This document shows positions 1 to 8,409 of a stretch of 64,000 nt of DNA, piece by piece; within the stretch, counting starts at the first letter, position 1; each line of letters starts with the position of its first letter. Where the stretch lies: assembly GCA_900540385.1 (NCBI GenBank), contig UQFY01000003.1, positions 64,715 to 128,714 of the forward strand, given 5' to 3'. A program made the position numbers and the translations under genes. The DNA is from an uncultured Mollicutes bacterium. Lineage in GTDB: Bacteria > Bacillota_I > Bacilli_A > RFN20 > CAG-826. The notes beneath the pieces are model-generated. The model had not been told where the DNA came from, made no database searches, and worked only from the letters and a program-made list of their open reading frames with translations.

Positions 1-294
1 GTAAGATGGGGGACTGAAGAAAGCTATTCTTATTGTTTTGATGGCATTCCTTCTAACTCAATAATCGCAATTGGAACGGTGGGAGGTTCTCCAAAAAAAG
101 TAATTGATAGAAAAAGATTTGAAAGTGGACTATTCGAAATGGAGAGAAAATTGAAACCAAAAATCATTTTGGTATACGGTTCCTCGAAATACCACTGTTT
201 TGATGAATTAAGAAAGAAAGGAATAGAAATTGTTCAGTATTCATCCAAAACAGCTTCTTACTATGAAGGGAGAAAAGAATATGAGCAAAAGTAA
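1..294 (+). CDS. C-terminal fragment of a DUF4417-like protein (5' end lies outside the window)
   Basis: Frame 1 is open from base 1 to TAA at 292-294 (VRWGTEESYSYCFDGIPSNSIIAIGTVGGSPKK...ILVYGSSKY). The pattern matches my recollection of DUF4417 proteins in Firmicutes phages and mobile elements. The family call is from memory only. Confidence 0.45.
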   Translation, partial: VRWGTEESYSYCFDGIPSNSIIAIGTVGGSPKKVIDRKRFESGLFEMERKLKPKIILVYGSSKYHCFDELRKKGIEIVQYSSKTASYYEGRKEYEQK

Positions 295-772
295 AAGCGG
301 TTTATTTCATGGCACAAAAGGCAATCCTTCTCCAGGAAGTGTTAATTTAATGGATGAAAATGATAACTTTATGAAGTACATCAGTAATAGTTCTGATATT
401 GATGTTGAAGGTAGAATAGATGTAATCGGACATGGTCGTTCTAATTCCATCGAATGGGCAATAAACGGGAAAAACTATTCGTTGAATCACAGAGAGCTGG
501 CAAAAATGGTAAAATCGAAGGAGAAAATTAAAGGGAAAATCATTAGATTGTTGTCTTGTGATACAGGTGCCGATGAAAATGGGTTCGCGCAAAATTTGGC
601 AAATAAACTAAACATAGTCGTAGAAGCTCCCACGAAACTTGTTTGGGCTTATCCAAACGGAAAATACATCGTAGCTTCTCGAAGCAAAACTAATCCTAAA
701 GTACCGGATTTGAATTGTTTAGGAAGATTCAAAAGATTCTATCCAGGAGGAAATAAGAAATGGAAAAAATAA
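281..772 (+). CDS. Small stand-alone protein with a clan-CD His-Cys dyad resembling the peptidase C80 / MARTX-TcdA/B cysteine protease domain (CPD)
   Basis: ATG at 281 follows an AGGGAG SD with an 8-nt spacer. The TTG at 230 and ATG at 263 lack an SD. Motifs VIGHGRS and, 42 aa later, IRLLSCDTG...NGFAQNL...IVVEAP parallel the CPD pattern VGHGR...IVGCSL...GFGHQF. It overlaps the upstream stop by 14 nt. Confidence 0.5.
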   Translation: MSKSKSGLFHGTKGNPSPGSVNLMDENDNFMKYISNSSDIDVEGRIDVIGHGRSNSIEWAINGKNYSLNHRELAKMVKSKEKIKGKIIRLLSCDTGADENGFAQNLANKLNIVVEAPTKLVWAYPNGKYIVASRSKTNPKVPDLNCLGRFKRFYPGGNKKWKK

Positions 773-1119
773 AATGCGAAAAATGTGGCTCTGAAATGCA
801 AGAATTCGAAACGCAAGCAAGCATGGGGATGAAATGTCCGAAATGCGGTTGGGGTTGGGCTACAACGAACACGAATTCCGTTTTTTACGATGAAACAGAA
901 TACGATTTAAAAATCAGTCCAATTTCTTCTCCTTCCAAAGAAGAAATTTCCATCATTTCAGCCATTTTAAACACCAACTACTTGGTTTCGATAAAATTAA
1001 TAAAAACGGGAGATGCTCATATAACAGGAAAGGCATCCGAAATCATTGACAAAATCAAAAAGCTTAAAGCAAAAAGCATTTCATTTGACATTACGCCAAA
1101 TTTTCCATACCTAAATTAG
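760..1119 (+). CDS. Zn-ribbon protein (CxxC...CxxC) of unknown function
   Basis: A GGAGGA SD sits 8 nt upstream of the ATG. The N-terminus reads CEKCGSEMQEF...MKCPKCGWGW. It overlaps the preceding gene by 13 nt, which suggests translational coupling. Confidence 0.6.
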   Translation: MEKIKCEKCGSEMQEFETQASMGMKCPKCGWGWATTNTNSVFYDETEYDLKISPISSPSKEEISIISAILNTNYLVSIKLIKTGDAHITGKASEIIDKIKKLKAKSISFDITPNFPYLN

Positions 1120-1198
1120 AAGATAGCTTTTTAGCCATTTTCAAAAAGTCGCTGTAATCGTATGGACAACGAATCAATGGCTTTAAAATAAACGATAT

Positions 1199-2620
1199 TT
1201 ACGAGCGGATTCCGTTAGCGTTCCAGATTTGATTAGCGTATTCAGGATGGTCGACGAACGGATTACGGCCATATCCTTGCGAAGCGAGATAGTTATTGAT
1301 TTGTTTTTCCATAGCCGTGACAGGATATTTGGCATTCCATTCAAGGAGTTCTTTTAAAGTTCCCATGGTATGCTCATCTTTATTATCGCTTGGGTTATTC
1401 GAAAGCTCCAAAGGCTTATTGCCTTTGCTACTTCCACCTGTACCACATGTTCCAAAATATGCTGTTGCAGTATAGAACATAATACGGGCAGATTCTCCTC
1501 TTGCTCCTTCATACCCATAAGAGGCAGGATCCCAGGCTCCACCTTGAGTACCATAGAAAGAATTTCCACGTCCAGAATTCTCAGTTGATAAGGTTGGACG
1601 AATAATGAAAGGGTCTGCCGCAGGACCGCCTTTCTTCCCACAACCACGGGAATTTGGCCAGGTATGTTCACGGTTAACCCCACTAGAGGATTTGTTTAAT
1701 ATGCATGCGCCGTTTCCAGTTACGCCTTCTGTTACATTCGTAGCGGCATGATAGAAAGGAACGTAGGTGTTAGAACCTGCTGGATAGGTAGCGGCTTCCT
1801 TACCAATTTCTAAACATGCAGAATAGCTTGTCGTTTTTGTTTTGTAGTTCTTAATGAGTTTTTGCAAAGAAGCACGGAAAGTATTTCCATAGGTGCTAAA
1901 GTCTAAGCCTTTCCAGCCACTATCGTCTGTGGTTGTTCCAAAGGAGCCCCCTCCATTTCCTGTGGAAGAGGAAGAATTACCTTGCTCAATAGAGATTTTA
2001 TCTGGGGTATAGAAATAGACGTATGCATTACCTTTATATTTTTCAGCCGCCCCACCGAAAGCGCCCCTATAGTATTGCAAATAGACATCTTTGGAAGAAA
2101 GAGCTTGGGATTTTCCAGTGGAATCCATGCTGATTTTCCAATCCGTTCCTTCTTTTCCAGAATCGTAGCCAATGCTGTAATGTGTCCCATCAACGTAGCT
2201 ATAAAGATCTTTCCCATCTAAGCTAAATTTGAAGGAATCCCCTACTTTGCTTAATTCCCAAACGGCCGTGTCCGTAATCTTTTGAACATCTTTGTGGGCA
2301 TTTACTTCCGTTAACGTTTCCCCGAGGAGATACCATGGAAGGGTTGAGGATTTAGCCGATGTTGTTAAACCATAAAGGGTATTTCCACTATAAGCGCCAA
2401 TGATGACTTTTTTGGCATTTGATAACTCTTCTAAGCTCGTAATTAAACGATATCCATCGACAAGATTGGAATTTTCTTCATTGCTAGAAGAAGTTTCATT
2501 GTTAGACGAAAGAATTTCCGAGCCTCCATTATTATTAGAAGAATTGTTCGTGCAAGATACGGAAGCAATTCCTAAAAGAGATAAAACAAGTAATGCTCCC
2601 GTTTTTTTGAATTTCATCAT
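1199..2620 (-). CDS. Surface lipoprotein with a C-terminal endonuclease I (EndA-type extracellular nuclease) domain
   Basis: Signal peptide and lipobox LLGIASVSC|T, followed by a Ser/Asn-rich linker. Endonuclease I motifs REHTWPNSRG and NPFVDHPEYANQIW are present. Confidence 0.8.
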   Translation of the reverse strand: MMKFKKTGALLVLSLLGIASVSCTNNSSNNNGGSEILSSNNETSSSNEENSNLVDGYRLITSLEELSNAKKVIIGAYSGNTLYGLTTSAKSSTLPWYLLGETLTEVNAHKDVQKITDTAVWELSKVGDSFKFSLDGKDLYSYVDGTHYSIGYDSGKEGTDWKISMDSTGKSQALSSKDVYLQYYRGAFGGAAEKYKGNAYVYFYTPDKISIEQGNSSSSTGNGGGSFGTTTDDSGWKGLDFSTYGNTFRASLQKLIKNYKTKTTSYSACLEIGKEAATYPAGSNTYVPFYHAATNVTEGVTGNGACILNKSSSGVNREHTWPNSRGCGKKGGPAADPFIIRPTLSTENSGRGNSFYGTQGGAWDPASYGYEGARGESARIMFYTATAYFGTCGTGGSSKGNKPLELSNNPSDNKDEHTMGTLKELLEWNAKYPVTAMEKQINNYLASQGYGRNPFVDHPEYANQIWNANGIRS

Positions 2621-2925
2621 AGTCTATTTTCCTTATATTAACCAAGAAAGTCCTTGGTAAGATAGAATACCCCAATTAGAGAATTACTGGAAGAGCGTTT
2701 ATCCTTCAAAACAAGCGTTCTTGGGATTTTATTAGAGTTAGAAACATAATCCGTATTCTTAAGTTTTTTGCTTGGATTGGTTCAAGAGCAGACAAAAGAA
2801 GAGCCATTCTTATGATAGCTTGATAAAAGAAAAAACCATCGTTTTACGTTTTCCCCCTTTTGATTCTGCGTTTTTATCTATCAACCCATACTAGGGGATG
2901 AGAAGTACTCAAAAAATCATTTTCG

Positions 2926-2983
2926 TTATTCTTCCAAAAAATCAATTATTCTTCCATTTTTTTGAATATTCTTCCAAAAGATT
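2926..2983. repeat. 58-bp iteron block, copy 1 (three ATTCTTCCA motifs spaced exactly 20 bp apart)
   Basis: ttattcttccaaaaaatcaattattcttccatttttttgaatattcttccaaaagatt is identical to 4477-4534. ATTCTTCCA starts at 2928, 2948 and 2968. Confidence 0.95.
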
Positions 2984-3021
2984 CTGGAAGATTGTCAAAA
3001 TATTCCTAAAATACCGCTTTT

Positions 3022-4446
3022 TTAATTATTTGTCGCGAAATAGCGTTTGCCTTTCGTTTTTTTGCCATTCGTTTTAATAAGATTCATTAGTAAGAGTTCG
3101 GAAATTATCAGAGCGGTTGAAGAGTTCTTCATTCCAATCATTCTAGAAATTTCTTCTGTAGAAGCACCTTCTGGATGTGCGACCAAGTAGGACAATATTG
3201 TCTTTTTCTCATTATAGTGTGGCGTTTCTTGGTTTAATTGAGTGAAATTAATTATAAGAATCGTCCTTTTTGGGTTGTTTTCAGTTGTTAGACTTGGTGT
3301 TAAAAAACCATAAGAACGGCACATTTCAAAAATGCTTGGCACGCCAGAGCCTGCTCTGTCGGACACTTGAAGAAATCTGAAATAATTCATGATATTTTTG
3401 TTAAGAGGGTTCGTAACTCCGCCAGAAATGGCTTGTTTAACTCCAACAGGAATATCGCCGGAGTTAAGAAAAGTAATATTTTCATATGTTTTCTTAATAA
3501 CGATTCCAGGTAGCGAAGAAAAATCACAATTTGTGATGGCATTGACTAGTCCCTCTATCACGGAACGTTGAATATCCTTCCCATTGATGTTACTAATTCC
3601 ATCAGTCCTAAAAGGATTCGGCAATTTTTCAATCAGATTTTTACGAACCAAGCAGAAAAAGTTGAATAAATTAGCGTTGAAATTATTTTCATCCGAAACG
3701 ATTCTTCTATCCCATCTTGTTTTTCCAGAGAAGTTTTCTTGGTAATCTAGAAAATAATTCGGGCAAATTTGAGAAATATCACTTTGATTTCCAAAAAATA
3801 GGACGGCACCATTTTTTAGCACCTCTCTTCCGTTGTTTTTTATCAAAACACCCGCTCGCAAAAGAAAATCGTGGTCATTTAGATTTTTAAAAACATTATC
3901 CGGATTGATTTCATTCATTTGTTTCCGAAATTCCTTTATGGATTCTTGATCGAGGTTTGTCTCATCTAAATCAAGGGAGTTTGGAAGCATATCAAAGCCA
4001 ACCCCTTTCTTCTTTATAAGGAGAGAAGCGATCTCATCTTCCGACATCAGGAAGTCTCCTTCCCCGATTCTGATATAAGACTTCGACAAATTTCCATCGA
4101 GGTAAACGGGTTTTGCTTCAAGAGGAGCTTCTTTAACGGCAAAGCGAAGAACCTTTTTCCCATTGAGGTTTATTATTTGTACGTCTTGATCGGAAATACA
4201 GCAATAACTAGCCTTGCTTTTTGAATGGAGGGTGGAAATGAGCGCTTTCTTTTGTTCTTCGGGATTAGAGACGCCAATTATATCGTTTGTTTTTCCTTCT
4301 TTGATGCCTAAATAAATGATCCCGCCTTTTGTATTAGAAAAAGAAGAATACGTTTCATAAAGGCTATCAGGAATCTTTTTGCCTGATTCCTTTAGTTCTA
4401 TTTGAAGGCCTTCTTTTAACGTTTTTAGATAATTCTCATTTTCCAT
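3022..4446 (-). CDS. AlbA_2 (Schlafen-like) / HATPase_c_4 / C-terminal wHTH putative DNA-binding regulator (often annotated 'RecG-like' or 'putative transcriptional regulator')
   Basis: N-terminal LQIELKESGKKIP...NTKGGIIYLGIKE is an AlbA_2 signature. GSGVPSIFEMCRSYGF is an ATPase-like motif. The C-terminal wHTH reads ILSYLVAHPEGASTEEISRMIG. I prefer the start at M8 (4446) because a GAGGAG SD lies 9 nt upstream. The ORF extends to 4467. Confidence 0.75.
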   Translation of the reverse strand: MENENYLKTLKEGLQIELKESGKKIPDSLYETYSSFSNTKGGIIYLGIKEGKTNDIIGVSNPEEQKKALISTLHSKSKASYCCISDQDVQIINLNGKKVLRFAVKEAPLEAKPVYLDGNLSKSYIRIGEGDFLMSEDEIASLLIKKKGVGFDMLPNSLDLDETNLDQESIKEFRKQMNEINPDNVFKNLNDHDFLLRAGVLIKNNGREVLKNGAVLFFGNQSDISQICPNYFLDYQENFSGKTRWDRRIVSDENNFNANLFNFFCLVRKNLIEKLPNPFRTDGISNINGKDIQRSVIEGLVNAITNCDFSSLPGIVIKKTYENITFLNSGDIPVGVKQAISGGVTNPLNKNIMNYFRFLQVSDRAGSGVPSIFEMCRSYGFLTPSLTTENNPKRTILIINFTQLNQETPHYNEKKTILSYLVAHPEGASTEEISRMIGMKNSSTALIISELLLMNLIKTNGKKTKGKRYFATNN

Positions 4447-4468
4447 CGAATCTTTCTCCTCTGCCATA

Positions 4469-4496
4469 AGTATAATTTATTCTTCCAAAAAATCAA
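4469..4496 (-). promoter_or_regulatory. Candidate sigma-A promoter of the AlbA_2 gene, overlapping an iteron
   Basis: On the minus strand: TTGATT (-35, plus 4491-4496), a 16-nt spacer containing TGGAAGAATA, then TATACT (-10, plus 4469-4474). The predicted TSS falls just upstream of the GAGGAG SD. Confidence 0.4.
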
Positions 4497-4534
4497 TTAT
4501 TCTTCCATTTTTTTGAATATTCTTCCAAAAGATT
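4477..4534. repeat. 58-bp iteron block, copy 2 (perfect direct repeat of 2926-2983)
   Basis: All 58 positions are identical to copy 1, which lies 1551 bp away. ATTCTTCCA starts at 4479, 4499 and 4519. Confidence 0.95.
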
Positions 4535-4588
4535 ACAAAAGAATATGTGAATTCACATTAAAAAACACTCTATGGAGAAGAGAAAAAA

Positions 4589-5602
4589 TTATTTGGTTTT
4601 GCTCAAAAAGCTTTGAAGTCTTTCGCTTTGAGGGTGATTGATGACCTTTTTTGGATCCCCGGACTCAACGATAAGACCTTTGTCCATAAAGACGACTTTG
4701 TTGGCCACGTTTTTAGCGAAGTTCATCTCATGGGTGACGACAATCATCGTTTTTCCTTCGCTAGCAAGCTTCTTCATTACGTTTAAAACCTCTTCGACCA
4801 TTTCCGGATCAAGAGCACTTGTTGGCTCATCAAAAAGGATGATTTCAGGGTTGATCGCTAAGGCTCTCGCGATAGCAACACGTTGTTTTTGTCCACCGCT
4901 TAATTCGTTTACACGATAATTCATACGGTCTTGCATGTTCACAAGAGTTAGATATTTAATAGCAACTTCTTTAGCTTCGGCTTGTTTTCGTTTCAATATC
5001 AATTTCTGAGCAAGAATGACGTTATCTAAAACGTTCATGTTGTTAAACAAATTAAAAGATTGGAAGACCATGGTGATCTTGCTTCTTAATTCGTTAAGTT
5101 CTTTGTTATTCGGGATAATTGGATGATCGTTTTTAATAGAAGCTTCGTATTCTTCATTGTTAAGATAATCCAGTTTGTTGATAGGTTTTTTTCTAATCTC
5201 ATTGTATGCTTTTTTAGCTTCTTTGATGAGTTTCTTTAAGCCTTTGTCCGATTTATCTTCAATGTATTTATTTTGATAAATAGCTAAGTTATCTTCCGTT
5301 TCAATCAGCTTTTCTTTGTATTTTTCTTTATCTTCTTTGTATCGAGCGTAATCGATGAAATCATCTTTGCATTTAGAGATGTTGAAATAGGTCTTTCCCT
5401 TGTAAATAAGGCTTCCACGAGTTGGCTCTTCAAGAAGGTTTATGCAGCGAAGAAAAGTAGACTTTCCACTTCCGCTAGGCCCAATAATCGCGATAACATC
5501 CCCTTTATAGACATCTAAAGAGATATCTTTGAGGATTTTGCTCGTATCAAAGAATTTGGCGATATTTTTTATGCTGAGAATTAATTCTTTATTGTTTTCC
5601 AT
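4589..5602 (-). CDS. Polar amino-acid ABC transporter ATP-binding protein (GlnQ/HisP type) with a large charged insertion
   Basis: Walker [11 protein letters not shown]-loop MVFQSFNLF, signature [15 protein letters not shown], Walker [12 protein letters not shown]. About 85 extra Lys/Glu-rich residues lie between Walker A and the Q-loop. Confidence 0.9.
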   Translation of the reverse strand: MENNKELILSIKNIAKFFDTSKILKDISLDVYKGDVIAIIGPSGSGKSTFLRCINLLEEPTRGSLIYKGKTYFNISKCKDDFIDYARYKEDKEKYKEKLIETEDNLAIYQNKYIEDKSDKGLKKLIKEAKKAYNEIRKKPINKLDYLNNEEYEASIKNDHPIIPNNKELNELRSKITMVFQSFNLFNNMNVLDNVILAQKLILKRKQAEAKEVAIKYLTLVNMQDRMNYRVNELSGGQKQRVAIARALAINPEIILFDEPTSALDPEMVEEVLNVMKKLASEGKTMIVVTHEMNFAKNVANKVVFMDKGLIVESGDPKKVINHPQSERLQSFLSKTK

Positions 5603-6383
5603 AGGTATATCTCTTTAAGAATCTGAAAGGGTTTAAGGAGAATTTCACTCCGTTTAGTTTTTTCTCGATGATTTTTAAGATGAAGGAAGCAAGCAATGTC
5701 ATAATCAAATAGACAATCGCAAGAATCAAATAAGCCTCCATAAACGCATACGTCGAACCAGCAATAAGGTTCATGCGGTAATAAAGTTCTGTAACCGAAA
5801 TTACATTCAAAACGCTTGAATCCTTGATATTAACGATCAATTCGTTCCCGATAGTTGGCAAAGCGTTCTTTAGGGCTTGGGGCAATATGACGTGAAAGCT
5901 CGTCATAGAAGAGCTTAAGCCAAGGCTTCTAGCCCCTTCGACTTGACCAATATCCACTCCGTTTAAGCCACTACGAATGATTTCACCCATATAGGCGGCC
6001 GTGTTAAAAGTAATGACAATAAGGCCAGCAAACATCCAACCATTGAAGACGTTATTGATTTCGCCCTCAAAATAGATGTTTCCCCAATTGATGCCAATGG
6101 CGGAGCAACCAAACTTAAAAAGTAACGCCTGAACCATCATTGGCGTTCCTCTTAGAAGAACAGAATAAACGTTACAAAAAGCGAGACAGATTCCTTTTAA
6201 GGCCTTCATGATGGCTTTGTCACTACTTTTGATTTTTACATTTTTTCCATAAGCAAGGAAGATGCCAAGAATTAAGCCAAACAACGTTCCTAAAATGGAA
6301 AGGATCAAGGTGGAGAGAGCTCCATAGCCAATCAAGGCAAAGTTCTCTCCCCAAAGTTTGCCTAATTTTTCAAAATCGATCAT
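5589..6383 (-). CDS. Polar amino-acid ABC transporter permease (His/Glu/Gln/Arg family)
   Basis: Multi-TM protein with the EAA-type loop [25 protein letters not shown]. It overlaps both neighbours (4 nt and 14 nt), consistent with one operon. Confidence 0.9.
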   Translation of the reverse strand: MIDFEKLGKLWGENFALIGYGALSTLILSILGTLFGLILGIFLAYGKNVKIKSSDKAIMKALKGICLAFCNVYSVLLRGTPMMVQALLFKFGCSAIGINWGNIYFEGEINNVFNGWMFAGLIVITFNTAAYMGEIIRSGLNGVDIGQVEGARSLGLSSSMTSFHVILPQALKNALPTIGNELIVNIKDSSVLNVISVTELYYRMNLIAGSTYAFMEAYLILAIVYLIMTLLASFILKIIEKKLNGVKFSLNPFRFLKRYTYGKQ

Positions 6384-7264
6384 AACGCACTTTCACTGGA
6401 TCTTGTGGCAGCCCCTGCCATCAAAGAAGAACGTTCTTCGGCACTTAATTTTGCTAAAGAAGCGTTTAATTCTTCCTCTAGCTCGGTGTTTCCTTTCTTA
6501 ATACCAATAGAAACACTTAAACCATTCAAATCATCGCTGGATAAGAAACCTTTATAATCGCAATAAAGGACTCTTAATTCGTTTTTATTGAGGTTGGTCA
6601 TTGCCTCGATTACCGGAAGTTCGGCTGGCATAGCAAAGCTAATTCCACCCAAAACATCGTTGGCAGCCAAAGGATATGTTGTTTGTGCTGGAGAGTGACG
6701 AATTGTTTTATTTTGTTTATTGTGTACAAAATAAGTATCGATAAAGTCATCGCCGACAACGTTTGCCTGGCAAACAAGGGTTTTTCCATCGAATAAATTC
6801 AAAAGTTCATCATAGGACATAGGGTTTTCTTTTGTGCCTAATGTCTCGTCAACATTGCTTTTCTTCACTAAGAAAGCGAGATCGCTTGTTAAATATGGAT
6901 CACTGAAATTGATGGATTCTCTTCTTTCAGGGGTGTCGGTCATGCCTGCGAGAATCATATTAATTTCATTGGTATTTAAGCTTGGAATCAAACTTCCCCA
7001 TTCTAAACGCTTGATAACAACTTCCTTTTTCAAGTCTTGGCTTAAATATTTAGCGATTGCAATATCGTAACCGTCGGCAAATTGATTATCTTTGTCAATG
7101 GGCAAGGTGTATTCGCTACTTTTGCTTGTCGTCCAATTAAAAGGCTGGTAATTACATTCCATGCCAATAACCAAGACATCGTTTGTGACACCAGAGCTAT
7201 TGCAAGAAGTCATCATCGATAAACCCGATAAAGCGATGATTCCTAATAAGATTTTCTTTTTCAT
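6380..7264 (-). CDS. Amino-acid ABC transporter substrate-binding lipoprotein
   Basis: The start MKKKILLGIIALSGLSMMTSC|N at 7264 is preceded by AGGAGG. SBP_bac_3-like motifs are present (YQPFNW, GYDIAIAK, LNTNEINMILAGMT). The ORF track extends to 7321, but that region lacks an SD. Confidence 0.85.
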   Translation of the reverse strand: MKKKILLGIIALSGLSMMTSCNSSGVTNDVLVIGMECNYQPFNWTTSKSSEYTLPIDKDNQFADGYDIAIAKYLSQDLKKEVVIKRLEWGSLIPSLNTNEINMILAGMTDTPERRESINFSDPYLTSDLAFLVKKSNVDETLGTKENPMSYDELLNLFDGKTLVCQANVVGDDFIDTYFVHNKQNKTIRHSPAQTTYPLAANDVLGGISFAMPAELPVIEAMTNLNKNELRVLYCDYKGFLSSDDLNGLSVSIGIKKGNTELEEELNASLAKLSAEERSSLMAGAATRSSESAL

Positions 7265-7280
7265 ACAAATGATACCTCCT

Positions 7281-7492
7281 AAAAAAGAAAGGATTGCATC
7301 GCTCGATGCAATCTTATTCAAATTCGTAAGATATCACATCGATAGCGCCTCTAGATAATCTAGGAGTCTATAAGATGTTCTCTCATAGCCCAATCCAACT
7401 TAATGCCTTAAATTGGTTTCGGCGATTTTACCTTTCATTAGCTTCGTTAGATGCCTCTTCCGCTAATTACTTTTATGAATCGCGCCTCTATC
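7281..7492 (-). promoter_or_regulatory. Candidate lysine riboswitch (L-box) aptamer (7341-7492) with a terminator expression platform (7281-7313)
   Basis: The minus strand reads GAUAGAGGCGCGAUUCAUAAAAGUAAUUAGC...GCUAAUGAAAGGUAAAAUCGCCGAAAC...CCAAUUUAAGGCAUUAAGUUGG...CUAUGAGAGAACAUCUUAUAG...CCUAGAUUAUCUAGAGGCGCUAUC. Conserved L-box blocks are present (AGAGGCGC, AGUA, GAAAGG, CGCCGAA, GAGGCGCUAUC) along with five helices, including P1 GAUAG/CUAUC. A 9-bp hairpin gattgcatc/gatgcaatc and a U-tract follow, ending 17 nt before the ATG. Confidence 0.6.
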
Positions 7493-7650
7493 AATCCGTG
7501 TTGAATTCTAAAACTCAAGTATCTATTGTCAACAATAATTTCATCAATTTTATGATTTTCTTTTTGAAACGAGGTTTCTTCGTATAAATTGGTTCTTAAA
7601 TCCATCGTTTTTAAACAAAGGAGAGAGAGATTATAAAGGTTCAGATTTTT

Positions 7651-8298
7651 TTATTTGGCTAAAGAATAGCTCTCCTCAATGAGAGAGATAATCTCTTCGT
7701 CTTTCATTCTTTCATCAAGAATGATGGTGTACCAATGTTTTTTATTCATATGAAATCCCGGAAAAGTAAGTTCATGATCGATAGAAAGGATTCTCTGTTC
7801 TCCTCCTCTTAAATCTAGAACATCGAAGTTTTGCTTTTCGTTAAGGGAAAGTTTTTTCGCTTCTATTCTCATAAAAAGGCAGTACCATTTCCGATTCTCT
7901 TTTTTTCGAATAACGATAACCTCGGGAGATTTTTCAAACAAATGTTCTATCTTATCCCCATAATGATTGGCTACATATAGGACGATTCGTTCCGTTTGGG
8001 TTTTGATTCTCTTCGTGCAAGAAGAGAGAATCTCTTCCGTTAACGCTTGGTATTCTTCATTTACTCCTCTTGAATAGCCTGGTAGGTCACTTTTAGTATC
8101 CACCAATTCGTATTCCTCTTCTGAATCATCGTCGATTAAGCGGGATTCGAGTGTTTCCCCTCTTAAAATATAGGAAGCGCTAAAAGGAAAGGATGGCAGA
8201 TGTTTCTTTAAAAAGAAGGCATCCCCTCTTCTTATGAAACCGTACTGAATTAATTCTTTTTCATCAATTTCCCTTTTGCTTAAATCTATTTTACGCAT
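7651..8298 (-). CDS. MmcQ/YjbR-family protein with an N-terminal extension
   Basis: The C-terminal region has FPGFHMNKKHWYTIILD, the YjbR family hallmark (pGyHMNKkHW). Confidence 0.65.
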   Translation of the reverse strand: MRKIDLSKREIDEKELIQYGFIRRGDAFFLKKHLPSFPFSASYILRGETLESRLIDDDSEEEYELVDTKSDLPGYSRGVNEEYQALTEEILSSCTKRIKTQTERIVLYVANHYGDKIEHLFEKSPEVIVIRKKENRKWYCLFMRIEAKKLSLNEKQNFDVLDLRGGEQRILSIDHELTFPGFHMNKKHWYTIILDERMKDEEIISLIEESYSLAK

Positions 8299-8409
8299 CG
8301 AAAATCTCGCTCCTTGTTTCTATGATAATAACATTGCTGATATCCTCTTTGTTCTTTTTAAAGCCTCTTCTTCTATTCAAGGATTTTAAGGATGCTATAA
8401 TTCGGGAGT

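Noticed and set aside
2926-4534. Considered whether the 58-bp repeats form a CRISPR array or are IS/MITE termini
   Set aside because: There are only two copies, in direct orientation and separated by a full gene. No cas genes, transposase, terminal inverted repeats or target-site duplication are present. I interpret them as iteron/operator blocks instead.
7375-7587. 70-aa plus-strand ORF in the transporter leader region
   Set aside because: It lies antisense to the candidate L-box riboswitch and promoter region, has no SD, and its sequence is low-complexity. The RNA element explains the region better.
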